From a virus (lineage: Duplodnaviria; Caudoviricetes), in IMG/VR virus record IMGVR_UViG_3300001041_000004, positions 1-53,499 of that record: a stretch of 53,499 bases of DNA. The stretch is one strand, 5' to 3'. The notes under the pieces were generated by a model that had not been told where the DNA came from, made no database searches, and saw only the letters and a list, made by a program, of their open reading frames with translations. Of this stretch, positions 9,375-18,414 are shown in pieces. Position numbers and translations under genes: made by a program. How positions within the stretch are numbered: the stretch's first letter is position 1; each line of letters starts with the position of its first letter.

Positions 9375-12300
9375 TTGGCTTGGAAACCATTGACGTATAA
9401 AGCTTATATAGGTAGCAATAGTTATTCAAATCTGTACAATAACCCATTGTCTTATGGTGAACAAACGTTATCACCTGAGTTACTTGCTATTCTTCGTAGG
9501 AATGATAATCCCGATGATGATCGGTATTTGGATAAAGGCAAACGGACTACTTGGAATCGAGCTATGTCTGTGTTGATGGGAGGTGCTTACACATCAGCAG
9601 GATTTGTTAAGGGGGCTATTGATCCGAATAAGGGAGCACTTGAAGGAGCATGGGAGGGTGTTAAGGCAGGTAACCCCTTTGGTGGTGGATACAGTCGTGG
9701 TGAGACGACGTATAGTGATGTTCTTGAAGAGTTGGGTTGGAAACCAACTACCCTTGCAGGGAAGGTAGTAAGAGGAACTCTTGGTTTTGTAGCGGATGTA
9801 GCACTTGATCCCACCACATATGCAACTGGTGGATTGAGTGCTATTGTTAGAGGTACAGGTAAAGCAAGTGCTGCACTTCATGGTACTGAGTCAATTGTTA
9901 AACTTGGTGAAAGTGTTGGGGTTAAGACAACTGGTAAGGTTGAAGATATTGCAACGATTGGTTCTGCCTTAAAGGATAAGTTGATTCAGGAGAGTGTTGA
10001 TCAAGGATACCACATTACACAAGCCACAGCAGAGGCTACAAGGCGTTCAAATAAGATCATGGATGATTTGTATACTTCAAGTCGAGGTATGACCTTAGAG
10101 AAGGCTGTAGACGTTGTGAGGGGTACTGGGTTAGCTAAGACACCTGAGGAAGTGATTAAGGATGCTCATGCCTTAATGAAGAATTACAATAAAACATTAG
10201 GGTTACGCACCAATGTTGGTCACACGTTAAGTTTAGCAAATGCACCTCTTGGTAAGAAAGTCTTTGGTAAGTTAGCAGATCACGAATTAACCATTACAAG
10301 TGTTGAGACGTTGAACAAGATTGGTGATGCAACCCTTGCACCGGCTTATGCTAAGTTACGTAATTACATTTATGGGTCTAAGTTTGGTGAGTTGTTCTCC
10401 CCCGGTAGTAAACTTTATAAGGCAAGTAGAGTTAATCCTGAAGCGGTGTATCACGTGTTCAAACAAGAAGATATGGCACGTGGTCTTGGGATGGATCGGA
10501 TTAAGTCGATTGCTTTTGTTAACGAGAAAATGAAAGAGCTAGGTGATTTGGGGTTAACTCCTGCTGAAGCTAAGGAAGTGGTTGAGTTAATGCAGAACAA
10601 GACTGTGTATAGTAAGGTTGCACAGTCCTTTGATTTTCTCAAGAGTCAAGAAGCAGGGTTCATCAAAGAGACATTACATGCTAGTCAAGTTCAAAAGAAG
10701 CAAGAGATTAACGAGTTACTTCAACAAAAGAAAGATCTTGAACATTCCAGGTACATCAAAGAAGATGATGTTATAGGGTATCAACTCAACACTCATAAGG
10801 ACATTCTTTCAGATATGAAACGAGAGTATGTTCAAAAGTTACTTGATTTTGATGTGTCTCGTTTAACCGATGAAAAAGATATTGAAGCAGTTTTAAAACT
10901 GTATGAAGATCATCTGGCAAGTACTGATGAGGTGGTACGTTACACTCAAGAGGCATTGACAAGTCTTGAAAAGAGTCACAAGGATAATCTCAAAGCTCTT
11001 GAAGTGGAGTTTAAATCAAAGATTAATCCTCTTAAATCTGAGGTTAACGCTCATCAGAAAAAAATTATTGAATTACAAGATGCTGTTAAGCAGGATGTCT
11101 TACGTAAAGAAGAGGCTGAACGATTAGCGACTGAACGTATTGAGACTGAGCGGTTAACGATTCTTGATGAGTATAAAAAGTATTCTCAAATGATTGAAGA
11201 GAATAAGTTAAATCGTAACATTAAGGATGAAGCAAGGCAAGCGAAATCCAACTCTATTACTATGGGTAAGGAAGAGTTTGAACAGGTTACTGAACTTGAA
11301 GGTATTCTTCGTCCTGATGGTATGGCTTTAGCTAAGTTTAAGGCTATTATTAATGTTGCACGTAGAGATGGTTCTGTTGTTAAGAAACAGAGAAAAGCAA
11401 TCAATGATTTTGAAGCAAGCTTTCCTGATTGGAAAAAAGTAGAACATCTTGATAGTACAGAATTTTTCCCTCCTACAGTACTTAAACCCAAAACAGTTGA
11501 AGAGGTTATTGAAAAACCTGTAAGTCATGTTGGTTTTGTAGAAAAACTATCCACCTATGTTTACGGCAAATCAGATGTAATCTCTGTGGCTACTTGGAAG
11601 GCTAATTTAGATGATGTGGCAAAATTCATTGAACAAGGTATGAGTAAGGAGTTTATTCAGAATTTTATTGATGGAAGTAAAAACTTCTACAATGGTAAAG
11701 CCGGAGTTATTTATCCGTGGGTGAATGCTAAGTTAGGAATCGACAGCTGGAAAGAAGCCTATACTGATGTGGTGAAGGCTATTGAAAAAAGAGCTAAAGA
11801 TAATCCAAAACAAGTAATGCCTAATCGTGATACATTGCAAATGGCTGAACTTCAAAAGAAAGCACTTGAACGACAAGTGTTACTTGCTAAATTTGATGAT
11901 ATGACTCTTTCTCAAGTGGTTAAGTTTGTTGGACGTGAGAATGAACTTGCTAATGCTAAACTCATGGATGAGTTAGGAGATATGGCCTACTCTCAAAGTA
12001 AGAAAGCTGATGAGTTGGATGACTTTGTTAATGGGTACGACAAAAGACGTGAAGCCCTTCGTAATGATCGGTTGAATGATCTAAGTACGATTAATGAAGG
12101 TGAACGTAAGTTTGCACCTCATGATTATAGTAAGGAGATTGAGCGGTTAAGAAAGAGTATTAATCCTCCTCCTGAAGAACGAATAGCAATGGATGAACGT
12201 ATTGCTAAGTACAAGAAAGAGTTGGAAGAATTACGTGCTCAATTTGTTAAAGCGGATGCTGATGAGAAATCTAGTATCCTTCTTAAAGTTAAAGGTGGTA

Positions 12301-15300
12301 ACAATCAAAAAGGTCTTTTACAGAAAATTGCTGAATTAGAGAAGGAACGGATGCCTAAAGTTAACAAAGATATTGTTAAGATCAGACAACAGATTGCCGA
12401 GTTACAAAAGAAGATGGAAGTTCGTACTCCGGGTATTAGTAAAGATATGCGTACCAATTACACTCAAGCTGAACGTCAACGTGACTATGTTCAAGGGATT
12501 GAACGTGTTGAAGAAAAAGTTGATTACAAGAATCATTTCTTTAACAAGGCATTAGATTTTATGGCAACGGCTAAAGATGCTGAAGGTAAGCGTCTTATTC
12601 CTGATGTGAAGGCTATCTCTTCAGCTCACGTTGATTATGCTAATTTGATTGCTAATCAGATGGAATTGATTTTAAAGACGAAGCTTAAAGTTCCTTACCC
12701 TGAATTAACATCGGCTGAACAGAAGTGGTTGTTTCATATTGCCTTGAAGGATGTTGAATTACTCAAGAGTGGTAAACCAACGTTAAGCGGTTATGAAAAG
12801 GTGCTTGCCCATAAGGAAGAGATGGAACGAATCAAATGGATTAAGCGTGTTGTTAAGGAAGGATCTGAAGTACACGTTCTTAAAAGTGGTAAGCTTTATA
12901 TTGGTAAAGTACAAGACTTCCATCCTAACGCCACATATACCATCTTAACGCCTTCAGGAGTTAAAGTGGATGGAATCATACCGGGACAGATTAAGCGTGT
13001 CAACAAGACCACTTACAGCTTCTCTGATGACACTCTGATGGATGAGGTAGAGCGTGTTATTGGTGAGAGTATGATAAGTAAGCGATTTATTGATGAAATT
13101 GCTGAACATGAAGTAATGATGGATGAAGCTATGGCTAAGTTGGATGAACTGAGTATTGCTAAGAAGAGTGCTAAAAAGGAAGAGGTGCTAAAGTATAAAC
13201 AATCAGTTGAAGACGTTAAGCAGAGTAATGTAATTGATGATACTGCTTATCATATGGAAGTGGCTGAGAAGGTTGATGCGTTTGAAGCACGTGCCGCAAC
13301 ACGTGTTGCAGATCGAGAGGCTCTTGTTGAACGGTTACAAAAGCAGACAAATAATGTCAAAGCAAATATTGAAGAGTTAGAAATTAACCGATTAAGTCTT
13401 CAAGAAGAATTTAGAAGTGGTAATCTCTTTTATGACATGGATCAAATCACTGAAGATACCTTTATGATTGAGATGCATCAGAATAAATTAACAAGTCTTG
13501 AAGAACAACTTGATCACATTGGACGTGTTGATGATTCTATTGATGTGAAGTTACTTCCTGATAATCATAGAGTATTTAATGTAGATCATTTACCCAACGG
13601 TAAAGAGATTGATGAGTACTTTGATATTGCTAGGCAACATGGTTTTGATGGTGAGATTGAAAGGTTGTTTTTAGATGGGGCAAGTCGTGAAGAGGTTATA
13701 AAACGTATTAGTAATAAGGTTCCATTTAAAGATGCTGATAAATTTTATAAAACCAATCAAATGATTGATGCTGTCAAAAGAAAATATGGTCTTCAAGAAA
13801 AGGGTTCTGAAGGGTTTGATGTTTGGAAGAAGTATTATAATGATCCACTAATACGTCGTGAACAAGGTTTGTATTATGCTGAAGACATGATTAAGCGTGC
13901 TAAACGCAAACCACTCATAGAAGAACGTGATAAGTTAATTACTGAGATTGCTCGACTTCGTAAAGCCATTGAACCAGATGATGCTGTTTCTGCTATTGAT
14001 AGGAAGATTGAAGAGATTACTGCAAAGATGGCTAAGACTGAGGAATTACTTGCCAATAGTGATGCTTTTGAAACGTATATGAGGACTACGTTAGGTGAAG
14101 ATGAGTATTGGCGTGTCATTAAAGAGAATGATCCACAGATGGGTATGTTGATGTTAGACACAATGACTCATGTGGATGATAAGGTAAAGAATGCGGTTAA
14201 GTTACTTCGTGATGAGATGGATCGGATTGGTGTTGAAGAGATTAGTGTTGGTAAATTAAAACAAGAACAATTTGATGCATTCCTTGGTGAGTACCTTCCT
14301 CACATCGTAACAGCTGAAGGAAGTAAACTCTTTGAAATACTCTACAAACGTGATAAGAAAATGATTCCCTCCTTTGGTAAAGAGTTAGGGTATGGACGTA
14401 AATCGTTTAATCCTCATGGTCTTAGTAGAACAGCCGTTAATGTTTTTGATGAGTCGGGTAATCTTATTCATCACCCAACGATTGAACAAATCAATGAATA
14501 CTTTAAAAAGACTTATGCCAAAATCCTTAAAGGTAACAATGTCTTTTCAGACAACATCTTTGAAATCTATCAGACTCGGGCTATGAAGAATGTTGAGCTT
14601 ATGTATGATGTGAAGTACACCGATGAGATGTTAAACATTTTTGGTCATGAGTATAAGGGTGTTCAAGAGGCTGGGTACAAGACAGTCATGAACTATGGCA
14701 AAGTGAAAGAAGCGACACAAAATTATGCTAGGCTTAACATTGAGATGGAGATTAGTCGTGATGTGTCAGAGTGGATTATCAAAAATAACATTATGGATAA
14801 GGCTAAGATAAGTATTTCATCAACACCTCATGTGGATCGTGTAGCGTATAAGAGACATCTTAATCTTATTGTAGGTCGTCAAATATCAGAGTATACAGAG
14901 CGTACTTTTACTAAACCTGTACGTGATCAGATGTTTGAAGGTTATGCTAAATCCTTCTCAGGTCAAAGATTATCTGATTTGTCGATGCCTATGCTTGAGT
15001 TTGAAGATGAAGGTGTTTCTCTCATCAGTAAAGGATTTAGTGATGCACTTGATGATTACTTTATCCACATCAAAGAAAAACTAGGTAAGTTTGAAGTTGG
15101 GATGATGTATGAGTCTGGTATGAAAGTAACAAAAGAGGATGCTGAATTGTTAATGCAGGAGGTTAAGAGTCTCGATAAGGATGCATTTAGAAAACGTATT
15201 AATGAGTTGCTAGATGATGATTGGCTTGATGTTGTTGACAAAGAGAGAGTCACTTCCATCTTAGGTAAAGCGGATAAACTTGATGCTGTTTCCCCTCTAC

Positions 15301-16721
15301 AAATCAGACAAGTCAGTGATGCTATTACCCAAAAAGCAAATCAAGCACGTAAACTTCAAATTGCTAAGGATCAATCTCGCTTCTTACAACTCTTTGATAA
15401 GTACACTCACCTTATAAAATTGAACCAAACAACCATCCTCCCTTATTTTCACACACGTAACAAACTCTCCAACACCTTCCTCAACTGGTTAGGTACAGGA
15501 ACCGATGCTATGAACCCTGAGTTCCAAAAGCAAGCATGGCACGCTATGAGGAAAAAAGGTGATGCAGACGGTGTGTTGAAGATTACAAGTCCTGATGGTG
15601 TGGTACGTGAAATGTCATGGGGTGAGGTTTATAAGAAGGCCGAAGAGTATGGTGCAATTAACCGTGGCTTCTATGCAACTGAACTGGGTATTGATGGGAC
15701 TAAGAAGGTAAGTAATTGGAACCCTCTGGATGCAAAAGGATTTAAACCGTATCAAGTAGGTGGTAAGGTTGGTAGTTTTGTTGAAGGTCAAGATCGACTT
15801 ATTCACTTTGCCTCACAAGTAGGTCAAGGTAAGAGTTTTGAGGAAGCGGCTGAGAGTGCTAATAAGTTCCTCTTTGACTACTCAGATATTACACAGTTTG
15901 AAGCATCGGTTATGAAGCGTATAATACCTTATTACACGTGGTTAAGGAAGAATGGTGCCTTACAGTTAGAACAAATGCTTGAACAGCCTGAGAAGTACCA
16001 AATGGTGGCCAAGGTACAAAGTGGTGTTTCAAGTATGACGGCTGATGAGGATCGGGTAAACCCCTTCTTTGTCAATGACTTTGCACTGGATTGGATTCAA
16101 CTACCGTTTAGTATTACCAATCCTGAAGGTAAAGAAGAACCTGTTTTATGGAATCCTGCCATGCCGTTTATGGATGTAAGTCGCATACCCAATCCAATGC
16201 ACCCGATTGACTCATTGAAGAATCTGTTTACTCAAAGCAATCCACTTTTCAAGGTACCTCTTGAACAAATAGCCAATCGTAACGTCTTCTTTGATCAACC
16301 AATTGTTGATACAGATAAATGGAAGAGGACACAAAGTGGTCATGTAGCCGGGGAGACTAAGGGGAATCAAATCACGGATCGACTAGATCATGTAGGAAGT
16401 CAGCTTGGAGCGTATGGTGTTTTGTCAGGACTTAACAAGCGTGGTGCTGATTTAGGACTTCACGTACTCAATAGTACAACAGGCCTTAAGATGTTGAGTT
16501 ATGATTATGATAGGATTAAGTCAATGAAGATTGGTGAAATGATTAAAGAAGGTAAATGGGATAATGATACAATCTTTGATAAGATGTCTGATAAAGCGTT
16601 TCATCAGATGAGAAATGCTATTGAACGTAAATTAATGGAACTTAATCCTATACCGGGTGATTGGCAAAACGATCTAGAACAAGGTAAACCACTCGATGAT
16701 TCTTTCTTTGATGTGCCGTAA
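9375..16721 (+). CDS. Giant internal virion/ejection protein (2448 aa; large-polyvalent-protein-like C-terminus)
   Basis: N-terminal 'ADVALDPTTYATGG', long coiled coils, C-terminal 'FLFDYSDIT..E..MKRIIPYYTW' and 'NPLFKVPLEQIANRNVF' motifs typical of large podophage ejection proteins. Confidence 0.6.
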   Translation: MAWKPLTYKAYIGSNSYSNLYNNPLSYGEQTLSPELLAILRRNDNPDDDRYLDKGKRTTWNRAMSVLMGGAYTSAGFVKGAIDPNKGALEGAWEGVKAGNPFGGGYSRGETTYSDVLEELGWKPTTLAGKVVRGTLGFVADVALDPTTYATGGLSAIVRGTGKASAALHGTESIVKLGESVGVKTTGKVEDIATIGSALKDKLIQESVDQGYHITQATAEATRRSNKIMDDLYTSSRGMTLEKAVDVVRGTGLAKTPEEVIKDAHALMKNYNKTLGLRTNVGHTLSLANAPLGKKVFGKLADHELTITSVETLNKIGDATLAPAYAKLRNYIYGSKFGELFSPGSKLYKASRVNPEAVYHVFKQEDMARGLGMDRIKSIAFVNEKMKELGDLGLTPAEAKEVVELMQNKTVYSKVAQSFDFLKSQEAGFIKETLHASQVQKKQEINELLQQKKDLEHSRYIKEDDVIGYQLNTHKDILSDMKREYVQKLLDFDVSRLTDEKDIEAVLKLYEDHLASTDEVVRYTQEALTSLEKSHKDNLKALEVEFKSKINPLKSEVNAHQKKIIELQDAVKQDVLRKEEAERLATERIETERLTILDEYKKYSQMIEENKLNRNIKDEARQAKSNSITMGKEEFEQVTELEGILRPDGMALAKFKAIINVARRDGSVVKKQRKAINDFEASFPDWKKVEHLDSTEFFPPTVLKPKTVEEVIEKPVSHVGFVEKLSTYVYGKSDVISVATWKANLDDVAKFIEQGMSKEFIQNFIDGSKNFYNGKAGVIYPWVNAKLGIDSWKEAYTDVVKAIEKRAKDNPKQVMPNRDTLQMAELQKKALERQVLLAKFDDMTLSQVVKFVGRENELANAKLMDELGDMAYSQSKKADELDDFVNGYDKRREALRNDRLNDLSTINEGERKFAPHDYSKEIERLRKSINPPPEERIAMDERIAKYKKELEELRAQFVKADADEKSSILLKVKGGNNQKGLLQKIAELEKERMPKVNKDIVKIRQQIAELQKKMEVRTPGISKDMRTNYTQAERQRDYVQGIERVEEKVDYKNHFFNKALDFMATAKDAEGKRLIPDVKAISSAHVDYANLIANQMELILKTKLKVPYPELTSAEQKWLFHIALKDVELLKSGKPTLSGYEKVLAHKEEMERIKWIKRVVKEGSEVHVLKSGKLYIGKVQDFHPNATYTILTPSGVKVDGIIPGQIKRVNKTTYSFSDDTLMDEVERVIGESMISKRFIDEIAEHEVMMDEAMAKLDELSIAKKSAKKEEVLKYKQSVEDVKQSNVIDDTAYHMEVAEKVDAFEARAATRVADREALVERLQKQTNNVKANIEELEINRLSLQEEFRSGNLFYDMDQITEDTFMIEMHQNKLTSLEEQLDHIGRVDDSIDVKLLPDNHRVFNVDHLPNGKEIDEYFDIARQHGFDGEIERLFLDGASREEVIKRISNKVPFKDADKFYKTNQMIDAVKRKYGLQEKGSEGFDVWKKYYNDPLIRREQGLYYAEDMIKRAKRKPLIEERDKLITEIARLRKAIEPDDAVSAIDRKIEEITAKMAKTEELLANSDAFETYMRTTLGEDEYWRVIKENDPQMGMLMLDTMTHVDDKVKNAVKLLRDEMDRIGVEEISVGKLKQEQFDAFLGEYLPHIVTAEGSKLFEILYKRDKKMIPSFGKELGYGRKSFNPHGLSRTAVNVFDESGNLIHHPTIEQINEYFKKTYAKILKGNNVFSDNIFEIYQTRAMKNVELMYDVKYTDEMLNIFGHEYKGVQEAGYKTVMNYGKVKEATQNYARLNIEMEISRDVSEWIIKNNIMDKAKISISSTPHVDRVAYKRHLNLIVGRQISEYTERTFTKPVRDQMFEGYAKSFSGQRLSDLSMPMLEFEDEGVSLISKGFSDALDDYFIHIKEKLGKFEVGMMYESGMKVTKEDAELLMQEVKSLDKDAFRKRINELLDDDWLDVVDKERVTSILGKADKLDAVSPLQIRQVSDAITQKANQARKLQIAKDQSRFLQLFDKYTHLIKLNQTTILPYFHTRNKLSNTFLNWLGTGTDAMNPEFQKQAWHAMRKKGDADGVLKITSPDGVVREMSWGEVYKKAEEYGAINRGFYATELGIDGTKKVSNWNPLDAKGFKPYQVGGKVGSFVEGQDRLIHFASQVGQGKSFEEAAESANKFLFDYSDITQFEASVMKRIIPYYTWLRKNGALQLEQMLEQPEKYQMVAKVQSGVSSMTADEDRVNPFFVNDFALDWIQLPFSITNPEGKEEPVLWNPAMPFMDVSRIPNPMHPIDSLKNLFTQSNPLFKVPLEQIANRNVFFDQPIVDTDKWKRTQSGHVAGETKGNQITDRLDHVGSQLGAYGVLSGLNKRGADLGLHVLNSTTGLKMLSYDYDRIKSMKIGEMIKEGKWDNDTIFDKMSDKAFHQMRNAIERKLMELNPIPGDWQNDLEQGKPLDDSFFDVP

Positions 16722-16737
16722 TGTAATTAAACGAAGT

Positions 16738-16770
16738 GAAACCCCCTGCTAAGTGCAAGGGGTTCTTTGT
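16738..16770. terminator. Terminator hairpin between the convergent + and - arms
   Basis: GAAACCCCCTGC-TAAGT-GCAAGGGGTTC followed by TTTGT, in the 49-bp gap between convergent stops. Confidence 0.7.
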
Positions 16771-17229
16771 TTATCCTATCAGTTTGATCCATTTCTGACG
16801 TTCAGATTCCTTTTGTGGTGCTACATAGACAATGACTCTTGGAGAGTCAGGATCATACTCTACTGCTTGAACTCTTGGCATTATATAATAATCATTTTCA
16901 TAGACAATCCCTTCCATCATATCAAGGAGTAACTTAATGAGGTTGTGTGAGTCACGTTTCCTTCTGTCTGGAAGGTAGAAGATCAGATCAAGGTAATACC
17001 ATGTGGAGTTACGCTGTCGTATCCATTCATTCTCTTCAATGGCTACATTTACAAGTGCTTTAGCATCTCGAAGGTAGGCTTCAGCACGTGCTGTTAAACA
17101 TTTACCTCCACCTCTAAGGTGAACATACATATGATTCACACTGATGGGGAGTGGTAAAGACATTAGGAGTTTTTTATTTGGGTATTTTGGTGCATCTCTA
17201 TACAAACCAGTACCATCGTTTTTAGCCAT
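16771..17229 (-). CDS. rusA: RusA-family Holliday junction resolvase
   Basis: LPLPISVNHMY; 'DRRKRDSHNLIKLLLD' (DxxNxxKxxxD) and 'YEND' motifs; C-terminal PRV. Confidence 0.85.
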   Translation of the reverse strand: MAKNDGTGLYRDAPKYPNKKLLMSLPLPISVNHMYVHLRGGGKCLTARAEAYLRDAKALVNVAIEENEWIRQRNSTWYYLDLIFYLPDRRKRDSHNLIKLLLDMMEGIVYENDYYIMPRVQAVEYDPDSPRVIVYVAPQKESERQKWIKLIG

Positions 17230-17328
17230 CTCGTCTCCCCTCTCCTACAAAGAAGAGGGAGGTTGGGAGGTACTTTAGCTCCACCTCCTGAGCTGTTTCC
17301 CTCATAAACTAACCTCTCCCTTGTGCTT

Positions 17329-17337
17329 ATTATAGCA
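17329..17337 (-). promoter_or_regulatory. Extended -10 promoter upstream of rusA
   Basis: TGCTATAAT on the - strand in the dut-rusA gap. Confidence 0.45.
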
Positions 17338-17363
17338 TGTAGGATTGGTTTGGATAGTTTAAG

Positions 17364-17906
17364 TTAAATCCCACTTGAACCGAATCCACCAGTTCTTATT
17401 TCTGCCGCAGTTTCATCGTTATCTGTTGTCAGGTATTTGTAAAAGGTTCCTTGAGCAATTCGATCTCCTGCTTTAAGGTCTACTGTGATACCTGTAGTGT
17501 TGATGAGGTTAATTCCAATGTTTCCATCGTTACTTGGGTTTTCATAATACGATGAATCCACTTTACCAACACAGTTTCTTAACATGAGTCCATTCTTACT
17601 GGCAAGGGATGAGCGGATAAAGAGTAATAATTCCTCATCAGGAAGCATATAAGCCTTAACATCTGTCCACACAATAATTGCTTGCATGGGTAGGAGTTTT
17701 AAATCTTTAGGTAAATAGAAATCATACCCTGAAGACCTTGGATCAGAGCGTGTAGGAAGGGTGATTGCTTTTGGAAACTTGTGGATTTGTTTCTTCTCAT
17801 CCGTGAATAAATCAAACGCTGTACGATGTGCTTCGGAGACTTGTTCAAATCCTCTAATCTTTGGTATTTCTGAACTCTTTTTATTAATAACACTCATTTG
17901 CATCAC
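17364..17906 (-). CDS. dut: Trimeric dUTPase
   Basis: SSGYDF, IRSS, VGKVDSSY, DRIAQG and RTGGFGSSG motifs I-V. Confidence 0.95.
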   Translation of the reverse strand: MMQMSVINKKSSEIPKIRGFEQVSEAHRTAFDLFTDEKKQIHKFPKAITLPTRSDPRSSGYDFYLPKDLKLLPMQAIIVWTDVKAYMLPDEELLLFIRSSLASKNGLMLRNCVGKVDSSYYENPSNDGNIGINLINTTGITVDLKAGDRIAQGTFYKYLTTDNDETAAEIRTGGFGSSGI

Positions 17907-18120
17907 CTTTTACTAAGGTCAAATCAGCACGACTTGCTTCGATTTGATCCGCTCTTTCTTCAAGTTTAAATTCCAACATCATGAATAACATGGGGATTAC
18001 GAAGTCAGCTATTCCTACTTCATCGTTTTTCTTTTTGCCGATTTCTTGTAGGGTTTTAATTTCCTCATTGATAACCTCTTTGATTTGATCCATGGTTAAA
18101 CTTTTCATTATTATTGCCAC
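17884..18120 (-). CDS. Hypothetical protein
   Basis: Overlapping-coupled ORF between prp and dut. Confidence 0.6.
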   Translation of the reverse strand: MAIIMKSLTMDQIKEVINEEIKTLQEIGKKKNDEVGIADFVIPMLFMMLEFKLEERADQIEASRADLTLVKGDANECY

Positions 18121-18404
18121 CTCTCCTCAATACTTAAATGCTTAGGGTATTGTTTCTCAATTTCTCTGAGTCCAATCACCATAGCCCCAATTAAAATAGT
18201 ACTCTTTCCTGACTTACTCTTAAGGTAAACATAGACATCACCTTGATCAACTTCAATGTTGACATGGCAGTAGGTTTTGAGGGCAAGTGCAGTTGTTTGG
18301 ACAAGGGTGGAAATAGCAGAGCAGACAATGTCTTGTCCAATGGGTGCATACTCTGCATGTCCAATTGCTGAGAAACCGTCTGGATAAATATTGATTTTAA
18401 CCAT
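18111..18404 (-). CDS. prp: Ribosomal-processing cysteine protease Prp (DUF464 family)
   Basis: GHA...GQDIVCSAISTL His/Cys dyad motif; C-terminal GLREIEKQYP. Confidence 0.9.
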   Translation of the reverse strand: MVKINIYPDGFSAIGHAEYAPIGQDIVCSAISTLVQTTALALKTYCHVNIEVDQGDVYVYLKSKSGKSTILIGAMVIGLREIEKQYPKHLSIEERWQ

Positions 18405-18414
18405 AATCTATCCC

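Noticed and set aside
9375-16721. Virion RNA polymerase (N4-like or crAss-like), given its size and the GCGAAGC hairpins
   Set aside because: No DxDxD or T7-type motif A/B/C was recognised; GFDGE and KTVMNYG do not fit the required spacing. A profile search would be needed to exclude it fully
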